Shown here: piece after piece, positions 35,829 to 35,908 of the stretch
How positions within the stretch are numbered: position 1 is the first letter of the stretch
Layout: each line of letters begins with the position of its first letter
DNA from: a virus
Taxonomy: Duplodnaviria > Caudoviricetes
DNA length: 35,908 nucleotides
Direction: 5' to 3' (one strand)
IMG/VR virus record: IMGVR_UViG_3300017589_000136
Location: 1 to 35,908 of that record
Notes under the pieces: model-generated
The model's input: only the letters and a program-made list of their open reading frames with translations
Told to the model about the DNA's origin: nothing
Database searches by the model: none
Program-made: the position numbers and the translations under genes

Positions 35829-35908
35829 TGCTTTGCAGCCTCTTCAGGTGTTTGGAAGAGCGGACCCATATCCACATCGAATCCTATGTCGGCATAACCG
35901 GTTGCCAC
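35829..35908 (-). CDS. scpA: Host methylmalonyl-CoA mutase, fragment of the B12-binding domain, interrupted by the phage end
   Basis: Translates [26 protein letters not shown], a conserved mutase stretch; the expected QAVEND continuation is replaced by phage DNA. Confidence 0.85.

Noticed and set aside
34-35830. Canonical TG...CA ends with a 5-bp target duplication
   Set aside because: The right end has no CA at the matching position and the flanks share no 5-mer.

Overview
The window is an apparently complete (~35.8 kb) Mu-like transposable temperate phage with a contractile tail. Its host is in Bacteroidota, judging by TAnnTTTG promoters, A-rich start regions and a T9SS sorting domain. From right to left: ~80 bp of host methylmalonyl-CoA mutase DNA, the phage end, a repressor/Ner-like switch, MuA-like DDE transposase, MuB and a second ATPase, semi-essential genes, a self-contained T9SS-secreted moron and a putative late activator. 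Two late operons diverge from an exactly symmetric promoter pair. The + strand operon holds terminase, portal, MuF, tape measure and gpG. The - strand operon holds protease, capsid, sheath/tube, a frameshifted chaperone, baseplate, lysis and fibre genes, then m6A and m5C methyltransferases where Mu carries mom. Most notable: (1) MuF ends in a CdiA-like PD-(D/E)xK toxin domain with no immunity ORF, and a convergent ~70-nt structured RNA with its own promoter and terminator occupies that slot (candidate RNA antitoxin); (2) a phage-encoded T9SS cargo protein; (3) a pseudoknot-capable ~135-nt RNA element upstream of the methyltransferases; (4) non-matching host flanks and non-TG/CA termini. All family calls come from motif recognition by eye; no database searches were run.
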